Shown: piece after piece, positions 1-12,542 of the stretch
How the letters are laid out: every line of letters begins with the position of its first letter
How positions within the stretch are numbered: the first letter of the stretch is position 1
Source of the DNA: Welwitschia mirabilis
Taxonomy: Eukaryota
Direction: 5' to 3'
Length of the DNA: 20,000 bases
Assembly: GCA_051453625.1 (NCBI GenBank)
Contig: JBOZIK010000001.1
Location: forward strand, 26,873,206-26,893,205
Translations under genes and position numbers: made by a program
Notes under the pieces: model-generated
Database searches by the model: none
What the model was told of the DNA's origin: nothing
The model's input: only the letters and a program-made list of their open reading frames with translations

Positions 1-1128
1 CATTGGACTTATGAGCTTAGTCAGACATAAATCAAATTTAACTTGAGCTCTGGCAAAACACGGTAAAAGTACAAATCAACATATTGCAGTGACATGTGGC
101 ATAATGAGGATGATTGAGATGAATACACATGACATGACATCCATTGGTAGCATTATTAATACTCAAAGAACACATCATCATCATGTTTTCAATTTAAGAC
201 ACAAGAATCATCTTTATAGCTATATGCCAAACAAATTTGGAACTTCCTCCTTATGTAACTGCCCTTAAGTAGTCCTCCTTGTGTAACCACCACCTAATGC
301 ATAAATATGACACCTGATGTAATTATAACATAACTCCCAAGCATTTCTCATCTTTAAAAGGGCCTTGCATGCCCATGTAAACATCTTTTACTTAGCTTAA
401 CGTGGGAAATACTTGAAGGTTAGGACATCATGATGTGCTAATACTCTTTCTTAGGGGTGGAAGGATCTAAGGCTAGTTGAGGAGTCTTTCTCCTTCACCT
501 TTTTTCATTAATGTAATGTATTATATCTTTTAATTTTAATAAATAATTAGTTTAAACTTTTATTATTAATGCATAATTTCAATTGGTATTAGCAATGTTT
601 AAGTAGGATTAGTTCTTAAAATAGGTTATTCTTTTACTATTAATGATTAGAAAATAATATTCACAATATTTAAGTGAGATTATTTAACTTCCAAACCATG
701 TGAGTTATTTTAAGTTACTTTTTTGATTCATAGTTCCTATTGTTGGATGGATTTTATATACTTTAGTTCATACTTTCTATGCTTATAAAGGGCTGTGAAG
801 TGTCAGGAGGACTCAATAACTTACTAACACTTATGTGATGGATAAGATTATGCTTTCATGCTGAACCTTAATGGCTTCATGATTTAGTGCATGTTTTAGG
901 ACACAAAAATCATTGAATTAAGGAGGAAAGTTGGATGAATAGCTAGATCCTTGGAGAATTTTCATTTCATTATGTCATATACTAAAGATCATTTCCTTTC
1001 TCAACTTCTAATTTTATTTCATTTGAGTTTGTGTTATAACTTATAATAATTATATACCTTTTAAGTAATTTATTTCCTATATTCCTATGAAAGAATAATT
1101 CTGAGTGTACTTAAATAAATTTGAATCA
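1..1128 (+). mobile_element. Athila-like LTR copy 1 (5' part outside the window; 3' end approximate)
   Basis: Homologous to 4131-5280. It has Athila-LTR-like motifs: 'atgatgtgctaatactc' (~430), 'ggatgaatagctagatcc' (~933) and 'ttcctatgaaagaa' (~1082; 'tccctgtggaagaa' in copy 2). The 3' boundary is inferred and no PBS is visible. Confidence 0.6.
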
Positions 1129-1376
1129 TTACAAATCTATGATCAATTGATTTTCTTCCTAGAAATTATGAATTCCAAAACCTATATATTCATCATCAGG
1201 AGTTTATACATTCCTTTATCCCTTATGATTCTTATCCTTTAACTTCATATTCATCATCCTTTGATTCATACCCTTAATCTCACTTCTCATATCCTTCATT
1301 CTTTAACCAACACCCTTTCATCTTCTAAACCCAAAAATCCTTTTCAAATTTATTAAAAGATAACCTTATAAAATTC

Positions 1377-2400
1377 ATGGAATCCCAAATGCAAAAAAAC
1401 CAAAGACTTAAAAAAGACATCTAAAAGTTAACTCAAGTTACTATTCAAATATTTAGAACACCAGAAGAAGAAAACCTTTCTACATTCCATGAAACTACAA
1501 GCTTAGAAGACTTTGAAAGGATGAATGAAACTAGAATTGATGACACTCAAACCTTATTCCTTAGGAATGAGAAAGAAACCCACAATGAAACCAATGATAA
1601 CATCAAAGAAAACATTGACTTCTTACATGTCTTTGAGAGTGAATATTTGCATGCAAATAAACTATATTTAAGAGTAAGATTAGATGGTTTAAATGTAATG
1701 ATCAATCCATAAGAAGTGAGCAAACATTTAAGAAAGAAGGAAAACTAGAGTATCATATAATAGAGGATGAAAGTGACATTGAAAGTAGCCTATTTTTGAA
1801 CCTCAACTAATGTCATTTGCATAACCATGTAAGGAAGAATTCCTTGAGAACCTTAACAAGGAAGGGAACATTAACCAAGAGAATTTACAAGATTTAACCT
1901 TCAAGTAATCCTTTTCTCAATAACATCTTGAACCTATCATATCATTTTCATCTCTTAAGCAAGATGTGAATCTTTATGATGAAGACAAATCCACACCTTC
2001 AGAACCATCTTTTAATACTTCTTTTTATGATCATTTGCCTTCCATGGGTTTCACTTAACCTTGATCTTCATCCAAAAATGATATCTTGCATGAGTTGTTA
2101 AGTAGAAAGAATAGGACAAGGTTTGGATCATTTCTGATTTTGAATGTATTAACTTGATAGCTAGCATTAATGTTGTTTCTAATTTTTTGGATTTATGTAT
2201 AAATGTTTATAGGCATTCAATCATCTCTTTGAATGCATTATATAACTTCAATTTATCATTTAACCACTGCATTCATTATTTTAAACCTTCATGTTTGCAA
2301 TACGTTATAAAAGGCCTTGAAAAAATTTTCATTTTGTTGTATGCATCTAAATTAGACTTTTCTTTTAGAATAAATTTAGCTTAAAAATTAAAAATTCTTA
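1377..2400 (+). pseudogene. Decayed gag-like ORF remnant in internal region 1
   Basis: ATG at 1377 is in frame with the 1521-1712 ORF and reads MESQMQKNQRLKKDI*KLTQVTIQIFRTPEEENL.... This resembles the coiled-coil C-terminal part of Athila gag (recalled, not searched). It has stops and frameshifts. Homologues lie at ~5535-6530 and ~16930-17097. No PR, RT, RH or INT motifs were seen. Confidence 0.4.
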
Positions 2401-3790
2401 AAAATTTTATGCTTAATGCCATTTATCATTTAAAACCTCATAAGCACTTCCACTTATACAATTACCGACTTAAACATTTTCAGGTAGGAACTCCTAAATA
2501 CCACCTAATTCATAAAATAAATCATCAAATCCACTTCCATTGCTTTTATTTCTGTTCCACCTAATAAATTCTACTAACCACTCTCCCCTTCCATATATCT
2601 ATGAATTCATTAAATTAGATGATCCTAGTTGATGGTTCTAAGTGGATAAATTGTTAATAAGTGATCACATTCTTCTTACAATTTAGGTAGAATTTAAGTT
2701 TACTTGTAATTTATCAAAAGGAATTTTTATTTATTTTAAAGTTATCTTGTTAAGATTTAGTTTCACTTGATGTCTTCCAATGGGAAAACATAGTTGAATT
2801 CAAGTGAAATATACTTTTAGGCTGAGCAAATTATTTACAAACATTTTATGGAAACAAGAATTATCTTGATTAAGCTAATGAGCCAATGATCCCTTTATGT
2901 GTATAAAAATGTATTGCATATGAGGAGGATGATTAAAAATAAAGTAAACAAATATCTCTTCAAAACATATTATTTAATGATTAATTAAAATTAGATTTAG
3001 TTAATTACATTAGGTCTATGTACACTCGTAGGTAATGCAGCTCTAATGATTTAATTTATGACATGTCCAACTACATTAGGGCTATAAACACTCACTAGTA
3101 ATGCAATACTAGCTCCTTCAGTCAACATGCTTAACTCTATTGGAAGGAGATGTTATAATAGTAAATGCTCAATTAGATAAAAAATGCTTGAAATATGAAA
3201 TAAGGCATGATTGCAGAAAAGGTAAATTAAAATGAAAAAGGTGGAATTGGGAGGTGCTTTTTGTGTTTATTTTTTCTTAACTTGTATCCTTGGAGATTTT
3301 ACTTAAATAATTTTTTATTACTTCTAGGTTTACTTAGAGACATGTTGTTTGTTTAATTATATAACACATTTAAATTTAAAATAAAATTTATGAAATTTTC
3401 AATAAATGTGGCCATTATCTTAGGTATTCTATCTTTTAACTGAGGAGATAATGGAATTTTCATTAGATTGCATGTTTGTGTTCTTTAAAAATTTCACTTT
3501 AGTTTAAGCCTTACATTCATTATTTTCCATTAATACATTCATCATCATCATGTGCTAGCCTAATTAACTTATTCTCAAAAGTCTTGTATAAAATTTTCCA
3601 TATTTCATACTTTAAGCACATAGTTGAATTTTGGTTACGGGGTATGATATCTGCTTCTACAAATATTTTTTAATTTTGATGTTTTATTAACTAAAAATTA
3701 ATCAAAAATTCTTCAAAAATATCATATCATTTCTTTACTTGCCATATTTCACTTACTCAATTGTTCCATAACACCACTTCTTCATCACTT

Positions 3791-3827
3791 TTTGCTAAGA
3801 GACTAGTCAAACGCTGCTTAAGGAGTG
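3791..3827 (+). other. Athila-type 3' terminal motif and degenerate polypurine tract
   Basis: 'tttgctaagagactagtcaaacgctgcttaaggagtg|TG' matches the Athila pre-LTR signature (TTGCT-RGGGACTAGCAAAA..GCT...GGGGGG-TG), allowing for G>A decay. Confidence 0.7.
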
Positions 3828-5280
3828 TGTTTGTATGTCAAAATTGACATACTAAGCAAGTATAATTGATTAATTTAGCATAGGAAGAAATATTAAATTA
3901 ATGGTTTTATCATCTTTAATGTTTTCTGCCCTTTTTGTCACTTCTACATGAAATTATGGACTTTCCTTAATATAAGTAGGTTTGTTGCTAGCTTTTAAAG
4001 AACATTGTAAAACCTTGAATATTCCCAACATCAAACATTAGGATCATCAGCCAGGATACTGGTGATACCAGCCTTTTAAAGAAAGATATGAAAATTCTCA
4101 TGTTCCTATAATGATTTAGAGAATTAATCACTTTAGGCTTATGAGCTCAGTCAGACATAAATCATATTTAACCTTAAGCTCTAGTAACACATGGAGGACT
4201 GACAAATCAATACATTACAGCAACATGTGGCATAATAAGAATGATTAAGATAAAGACACATGACATGACATTCGTTAGCATCATTATCAACAGTAAAGGG
4301 ATATGTCATTACTATGTTTGCACTTGAAGATAAAGGAATCATCTTTATGACTACATGTCAAACACATCTGTAACTCCCTCCTTATGTAACTTCCCTTAAG
4401 TAACCTCCCTTTATGTAACTACCACCTAATGCATAAAGAAAACACTTAATGTGATCACGACATAACTCTTCAAGCTTCTCTCATTTATAAAATAGCCTTA
4501 TGTACCCATTATAAACATCTTTTGATTAGCTTAACATGGGAAAGACTTAGAGGCTAGGATGTTATGATGCTCTAATACTTTTTCCTGGGGACAGAATGAT
4601 CCCAGGCTAATTGAGGAGTCTTTATTCTTTACCTTTCTTAATTAATGTAATGTATGACCTCTTTTAATTTTTATAAAGAATTAGTTTGAATTCTTTTATT
4701 GTTAGTTCATAATTTCAATTGATATCACTAGTGTTTAGATAGAACTAGTTCTTAAAACAGGTTCATTCTTTTATTGTTAATGATCAAAAAATGATATTAG
4801 CAATCTTTAGGTAAGCTTATTTAATTATAAAGTTATTTTGAACAATGTGAATTATTTGAAGTTACTTTTATGATTTATAGTTCTTTGTGTTTGATATATC
4901 TTATATGCTTCTATTCATACTTTCTATGCTTATAAAGGGTTATGAAGTATCAGGAGGACTAGATAACTTACCAACACTTATGTGCTAAATGAAATTATGT
5001 TTCCACATTAAGCCTTAATGACTTGATGATTTAGTGCATGTTTCAGGATATAGGAATTCTTAGAGCAAAGGAGGAGAGCTGGATGAATCACTAGATCCTT
5101 AGAGCATTTCTGTTTCCTTACATCATCTATCAAAGATCACTTCCTTTCTCAGCTTCTGATTTTATTTTGTTTGAGTTAGTATTGCAAGATAAAATAATTG
5201 TGTACCCTTTGATTAATTTACCTCCTATATCCCTGTGGAAGAATGATTCTAAGTATATAAACTCAGATAAATCCTGATCA
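3828..5280 (+). mobile_element. Athila-like LTR copy 2 (~1.45 kb), shared between the two internal regions
   Basis: Starts with TG directly after the PPT-like motif. It has a TATA-like 'tttataaaatag' (~4484) and 'tccctgtggaag' (~5230). The end at ...gatCA 5280 is tentative. Confidence 0.65.
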
Positions 5281-7977
5281 CTATAAATCTATGATTAAAT
5301 TAATATACCTTTTAGTGATTATAAATTCCAAAACCCATATATCCATCATCAAGAACTTGATCCTACATATTTCCTTATCACTTATGATACTTATCCTTTA
5401 ACTTCATATTTGACATCCTTTAATTCATAACCTTCATCTCACTTTCCATATCCTTCATTTTTTAATTAACACCCTTCATCTTCTAACATTCAAAAAACCT
5501 CTTAAAATTCATTAGATGATATCCCTGTGGAATTCATAAAAGCCTAGGTGCAAATAAACTAAAGACATGGGTAAAACATCTAACAGTTAACCGAAGTTAC
5601 TACTGAAATATTTAAAACATTAGAAGAAGAAAATATTCTTACATTACATGAATCTAAATCTTGAAGGGATTAAAGAAACTAGAGTTGATGACACTTAAAT
5701 CTTATCCTTAGGAATGAAAAAGAAACTAACAATAAAACCAATAATAACATCCAAGAAGGCCTTGACTTTAGACATGCCTTAGAGAGTGAATGGTTGCATG
5801 TAAATAGATTGTATTTTGAAGTGGGGTTAGAAATTTTAAATGATGATGATCAATCCATAAGAAGTAAAAAAGGATTTAAGGGAGAAGGAATTCTAAAGTG
5901 CTATATAACATAGGATGAAAGTGACATTGAAAATGAACCTATCTTTAAAATCAACCAATATTATTTGCACAACCATGTAAGGAAGAATCACTTTAGAATC
6001 TTAACAAGGAAGATAAAGGAAGAGAATTTACAACATCGAACCTTTAATAAACCCTTTTTTCAATAACATCTTAAGCCTATCATATCATTTTCATCTCTTA
6101 AATAAGACTTAAACGTTGATAAACCCACACCTTTGGAACCATCTTATGACACTTCATTTGATGATTATTCACCTTTTATGATTTTCACTTTACCTTTGTC
6201 TTCATCCAAAAATGACATCTTGCATGAGTTATTAAGTAAATAGAAACATGGTAAGGGTTGGAATATTTTTTATTTTAAATGTATTAACTTTACAGCTAGT
6301 ATTAATGTTCTTCCTATTTTCTTGGATTCATGTGTAAATGTTTATAAGGATTCACTTGCCTCTTTGAATGCATTGTATAATTTTGATTCATCATTTAGAC
6401 ATTGCATTCATTATTTAAGCCTTCACTTAGAAAAGGCCTTGAAACATTTTTTATTTTATTGCATACATTTAAATTAGATTTTTTTTTAATGTACATTTTC
6501 CTTTTAGAATAAATTTTTACTTAAAAATATTCTTAAAATTTTTGTGCTTTATGTCCTTTCTATGTTTAAACCTCACAAGAAATTCCACTTATATACTTAC
6601 TGACTTAAACATTTTTAGGTAGGAAATCCTAAATACCACCCATTTCATAGAATAATGCATCATCATTCCAAATTCTACTTCTCATCCCTTTCACTTATGT
6701 TCTACCTAATAAATTCCACCCACCACCATTCCCTTCCATCTATTTATGAATTCAATATGTTAGATGATCCTAATTAGTGGCCCCAAGTAAAAAAACTATT
6801 AATAAGTAATCACATTATTATTATGAATTAGGTAGAATTTAAGTTTACCTATAGTTTGTTAAGAAGAAGTTTTTCTTATTGTGGAGTTAACTTATTAAGG
6901 TCTAGTTTCACTTAAGATCTTCTAATGGGAAGATATGGTTGAATTAAGGTGGGATTTACTTTTAGGCTAAGTGAATTATTTAAAAGCATTTATGAGAATA
7001 ATAATTATCTTGATTAGGATAATGAGCCAATGAACCCTTTACGTGCATAAAAATGTATTGAATATGAGGAGGATGATTAAAATGAAAATAAAGAAATATC
7101 TTTTAAAAATAATATTATTTACTAATTAATTAAAATTAGGTTTATTTAACCACATTGGAGCTATGAACACTCACAGGTAATGTAGTTCCAATGATTTAAT
7201 TTATGACATATTCATCTACATTAGTGCTCTAAACACTCACTAGTAATATAGCACTAACTCCTTCATAAATCAACATGCTTAACTCTACTGGAAGGAGATG
7301 TCACAACACTGAATACCTAGTTACATAAAAAATGCTTGAAATATGAAATAAGGCATGATCATAAAAATGGCAAATTCGAATGAAAAAGGTAGAATTGAGA
7401 GATGCTTTTTGTGTTTAATTTTTCTTAACTTGTATACTTGCAGATTTTACTTAACTAATTTTTAATTACTTGTAGGTTTACTTAGAGGATATCTTATTTG
7501 TCTAATTATATGGAACATTTAAATTCAGAATAAAATTTATAAAATTTTTAATAAATGTGACCATTATCTTAGGTATTCTATCTTTTGATTGAGTAGATAA
7601 TGGAATTTTCATTAGATTACATGTTTTTTATTCCCTAAAAATTGCACGTTAGTTTAAGCCTTACATTCATTGTTTTTCATAAATACATTTATTATCATCA
7701 TGTGCTAGCCCAATTAACTTATACTCAAAAGTCTTGTATAAAATTTTCCATATTTTATAACTTTGAGAACAAAGTTAAATTTTGATTAGAAGGTATGACA
7801 TTTACTTTTATAAACATTTTCCAATTTTGATGCTTTATTAATTAAAAATTAATCCAAAATTCTTTACAAATGTTATATCATTTCTTTACTTGCCATTTTT
7901 CACTTAGTCAGTTTTTTCATTATACCATTTCTTCATCGCTTTTTGCTAAGGACTAGTAAAAGAATGCTTAAAGCATG
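5281..7977 (+). mobile_element. Internal region copy 2 (non-autonomous, gag remnant only)
   Basis: Colinear with 1129-3827. It ends in the same motif, 'tttgctaaggactagtaaaagaatgcttaaagcatg' (7942-7977). Confidence 0.65.
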
Positions 7978-8972
7978 TGTTTGTATGCCAAAATTAACAT
8001 AGTAAGCAAGTATAATTGATTAATTTAGTATAGGAAGAAGCACTAAATTAATGGTTTTATCATATATTAATGTTTTTTGCCCTTTTTATCACTTTTGCAT
8101 GAAATTATAGACTTTTCTTACTATAAGCAGATTTGTTACTAGCTTTTAAAGAGCATTATAAAATCTTAAAGATTTTCAACACCAAACATTGGGATCATCA
8201 ACCAGGACTACCAGTGCTACTGAACTTTTGAACAAAGATATGAAAAATCTCATGTTCCTATAATGATTTGGAGAATTAATCACATTGGACTTATGAGCTT
8301 ATTCATACATAAATCGTATTTAACCTTAAGCTAGTGACACATGAAGAAAGTATGAATAGATACATTACAGTGACATGTGACACAATGAGAATGATTGAGA
8401 TTAAGACACATGACATGGCATTCATTGACAGCATCATCAATAATCAAAGGACATTTCATCACTATGCTTGCACTTGAAGATAAAGGAATCATCTTTATGA
8501 CTATATGTTGAACACATTTGTAACTCCCTCCTTATGTAACTTTTATTAAGTAATCCCCCTTTATGTAATTACCACCTCATGCATAAAGAAAACACCTAAT
8601 GTGGTCATGACATAACTATTCAAGATTTTTTTAATTTATAAAATATCCTTGTGTACTCATTATAAACATCTTTTGGTTAGCTTAACATAGGAAAGACTTA
8701 GAGGCTAAGATCTCATAATGCTCTAATATGCTTTCTTGGGGGCGAAATGATATTAGGCTAGTTGAGGAGTTTTTCTCCTTTACCTTTCTTGATTGATATA
8801 ATGCATGATCTCTTTTCATTTTTATAAAAAATTAGTTCAAACCCTTATACTATTAATTCATAAGTTTAATTGATATTACTAGTGTTTAGATAGAACTAGT
8901 TCTTAAAATAGGTTCATTTTCTATTGTTAATGATTAAAAAATAACATTAGCAATCTTTAGGTAAGCTTATTT

Positions 8973-8987
8973 AATTATCAAGTTCTT
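8973..8987 (+). repeat. L1 target-site duplication, left copy
   Basis: aattatcaagttctt, identical to 16225-16239. Confidence 0.95.
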
Positions 8988-9769
8988 CTTCTTCTTTTTT
9001 TTGAAAAAGTATATATATTAGACTAGAAAATGTACATCAAGGGGTATTAATGCCCAGAAATGAGAGGATAATTAACTATTCAGAAAAGGTTATTCCACTA
9101 ACTATTGAGAGGAGAACTGAGAAACAGAATAGAAATGGACAAAACTGGCCCTTGACAACACAAACATGGGAAATGCCTATCTAGAAGAGTAAAATCATAA
9201 AAAAAGAAAAACATTATTCTACTAATAGACTAGGGTTAAAAATAACCCTTGAGTCCAGAAGTTACAAAAAACTTACTTTTAACAAGGAACAAACCTAAGG
9301 GGAGAGGATTAGAGTCCTCTATAGAATGAGAACAAGTTACCATAATTATAGTCAAGAAGGAATCTATCCATATCATTAGAAAGAATCTCAAATACTTGAT
9401 TTACCTCCTTAAATTATTTAGCACCTACTGGATTTTTGTTTGGATGTAGTCTTAGGGATTTCTTCCTATAGCTAGATTTAATGGCTTGAGGGAGGTCTCT
9501 GTGAGAGAGTCTTAATGTAATATTTTTCTTAATCTTTAATTCTTTTTATTTCACCTCATAATTTCTTTACTAATGATTTATGTTACCATGGGATTTCTTC
9601 TAAGAATTTATTTTCTCTAAATCAAGGATCATCTACTAGTAAAGTGGATTCATAAAACTCATGGAAAGGTAAACATGATGGAGTAGGAGGAAAAAAAGTT
9701 GACCGACAATGAATAGACTACCTAAATGAGATTCCTATATTAAATGAAGCACATAATGAGTAAGTAAAA

Positions 9770-10931
9770 TTAGGTCGTTAGTTAAGTGTTGCACATCATC
9801 CTATTTGCCTAATGTTTCTATCTTTGACATGATAGATAAAATTATGGTCAAATGCTTACGAACACACATGTAATACCTATACATTCGTAAGCATAATATA
9901 AATGATAAAGTAAGGTAAAGGTAAAGTATTAGTTTTTTCTATGGTCTATATTAAATCATTCATAATAAATAAACACATTTTGTACTATTATTGAGATTAT
10001 ATTACAACATTTATTTAGATAAAATATATTTTTGTATGGTTTGACATATACTTGTGTTCCATAAGTTAGTAGAAATTATATTGTCTAGTTGTTAACTCTA
10101 AAGCATCACCACACTAATAAGTTAGACCACTGTGACGTGGTTATAAACCTTCCAATCATGGTTTAAAATGGGCTTTGTAAGTCTCATTTCTAGGCATATA
10201 ATAATATGACCAATTTAACTTATTAATTAATATAAAAATATCTTTTAGCAATATACGACCTTATTCATGATTTCATAAGATGGTCAATGGGACAATAGCC
10301 TAACTAGTGGAACAATTATTCTCCATTTAGGAGGTTGTACATTTAAATCTTTAGATGACTTAATTAGTATAGTATAAGCCCCTAAATAATTAAATAATTC
10401 ATTTCAATGATCATGGTGGTTTGGTTTGTAAGGAAGAGGTATAATTGTTAAAAGTTTTAACATTTCTCATCATGATTTCATAAATAAAACATAATAATTA
10501 TTAATATTAAGATTATAAAGTAAGTCTAATTAAGGGGTTAAAATATATAAAATCTATGTTTTAATAGTCCTATACAACATTTGAATACTTTGTTCTAAAG
10601 TTATTTATCACAATGTTTAGCATAACTTTTATGTTATTATGGCAAATAAATATGATTTCTTATAAAATGCAACATTTCGACTTTAGGTTCAAGTTGAAAG
10701 ACTTCGTATAAATGTAAAGCAATTGATATAATCTCGGAATAGTGACTTGATCCTTTTCTTATGGTTTTACTTCATGTTGTTGTTTTTGTTCTTTCTACAT
10801 TATTTGTGTTAGAACTTTTTTTTTTGGGTGTATTAATGGATTTCATCATTTACAATCCACTTGCCTATACTACGACTGCTAATGAAAAAATTTTTCTTTG
10901 GATTTAACACCCCCAAATAACTAACATTATT
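9770..10931. other. AT-rich non-L1 sequence interrupting ORF2 (secondary insertion or mis-scaffolded sequence)
   Basis: L1-like coding signal stops at ~9765 and resumes only after the gap, at 11032. The intervening DNA is more AT-rich and has no ORF2 motifs. The right boundary is hidden in the gap. Confidence 0.6.
10279..10469 (+). mobile_element. Probable tRNA-derived SINE (~190 bp)
   Basis: Flanked by a perfect 14-bp direct repeat, TCATGATTTCATAA (10265-10278 and 10470-10483). It has an A-box-like 'tagcctaactagtgg' (10296-10310) and a decayed B-box region 'aggaggttgtacatttaaatc' (10329-10349). Confidence 0.65.
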
Positions 10932-11031
10932 NNNNNNNNNNNNNNNNNNNNNNNNNNNNNNNNNNNNNNNNNNNNNNNNNNNNNNNNNNNNNNNNNNNNN
11001 NNNNNNNNNNNNNNNNNNNNNNNNNNNNNNN
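10932..11031. other. Assembly gap (100 N, probably unsized)
   Basis: Run of exactly 100 N. Confidence 0.99.
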
Positions 11032-12542
11032 GAAGGAGGAGGAAGAGCCTCTCTTATCCTAATTTCTTATGCTACTATCCATGGGGCCAAAACTGAACCC
11101 TAGTGCCTTAAGGAACCCTTTCATTTAAGAACTTGGATAAAAAAGAATGGCAGGTTCACCTGACACCCTAAGCCAAGAGCTTTGAGAAAAGCAAAATGGA
11201 TACCTGAAAGTCTGGAAGAATTTCTTAACTGAATGAAGTAGTGGTTTATGAGCTTTGCACCTAGTCCCCAGGGAGGCGGTAATGCCTTTCTGCTAATGTG
11301 CTTACTTAGCAATTTAGAAACCCCTTCGAGGAAGAAATGAAACACTTCTTATTACCTTCTACTTTCAAATGGAATACGTTCTCTTTCTGCAGGGATCTCT
11401 AGTAGCCTGGATAGGGAGTCTTCATTTATTTCTATAGGAATTCTTCTAAACATGATGTGTCCTCCTCTCCATTGTCTATAAAAGATGGCAATATTAACCC
11501 TCTAGTCTCCTCTAAGCTTATGCATAAGTAGTCCCCATCCCATTGCCTTTCTATAAGGTGAGGAAGTCTTTAAAGAGGCTAGGGTCAGAAGGCCCAATTG
11601 TAGGCATGACTTTCATTGCGAGTCTGATTTGGAAATGAAAGTACTTAATCCTCCTTGCTATGTTTATAGGAAATTGTGAGGGGTTATTATTCAAAATTAG
11701 ATCATTTTTGATCCTCCAAATCTACCAAAATGTCAAGTGAATCTGATCCAATAAATGCATGTCAGGGGCTTTGTAGGTATGATAGTACTTCTTCATAATG
11801 GAGATTAATTATTTACTCAAAGTATAAGGATAAAATAAATGTTGTACTTTTTCAGGATTTGACTAGCAAATGGGATAGTTTGTATCCACTTGGAACCCCC
11901 TCTTGAGTAATTGGTCTCTAGTCAAGATTCTATGATGGTCTTTTAACTGATAAAAGACTTTAATTTTTTCTTAAATTTGACCCTTTTAATACTTCTTGTA
12001 TGAGTCATCTTTTTCATATTTCTTTAGGAGGATCTGCTTGGTTGAATCAGACTAATAGATATTTAAGTCAATACGTTGTTATCAAGCTTTACTAAGGTAT
12101 TTCCTTAAGTAGGACTACCCATGATCAATGGTCCATTCTCTATGTTTATAGTTGATCAAATGATAGTAAGGCTAACCTCCTTCATGCAATCTCTTTAAAA
12201 TTCTATGAGCTCCAGTGAGGATTTAATTCTCTAGTTTATGAATCCCCTAACCCCCTAGTTCTCTTGGGCAGGCAATAGTCTTCCATTTGTAGAGATGAAT
12301 TCAGTAGTGATCCCTTCCTCCTGAGAAAATGAACTTCTTTAAGATCCTATTATTTTTTGGATGATATTTCTCAGGGAGGGTGATAATGGAAGCTATGTAA
12401 CAGAAAGAGAAAATTAAGCAAGATTATGTGAGAATGATTTTAGCTTTGAATGAGAAAAAGTTATTTTACTATGAGTTTCACCACCTTTAAATGAATTCCA
12501 AGATGTAATTCCAGGTAAGGGTGTTATGCCAATTTTGAAGAG

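Noticed and set aside
3004..3112. CRISPR-like repeat-spacer pattern (~66 bp period)
   Set aside because: There are only two degenerate units, the context is a eukaryotic TE, and there are no cas genes. It is reported as twin hairpins instead.
1..8987. Retrozyme (hammerhead ribozyme in the LTR) or Helitron interpretation of the tandem unit
   Set aside because: I found no CTGANGA...GAAA hammerhead core with flanking stems and no hairpin+CTRR terminus at a unit boundary. The Athila PPT motif explains the unit better.
10289..10352. Functional tRNA gene
   Set aside because: The B box is degenerate and no cloverleaf can be folded. The flanking TSD favours a SINE.
12505..12522. 'cttacctgg' on the minus strand, resembling the U1 snRNA 5' end
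   Set aside because: The match is only 9 nt and the following sequence does not resemble U1.
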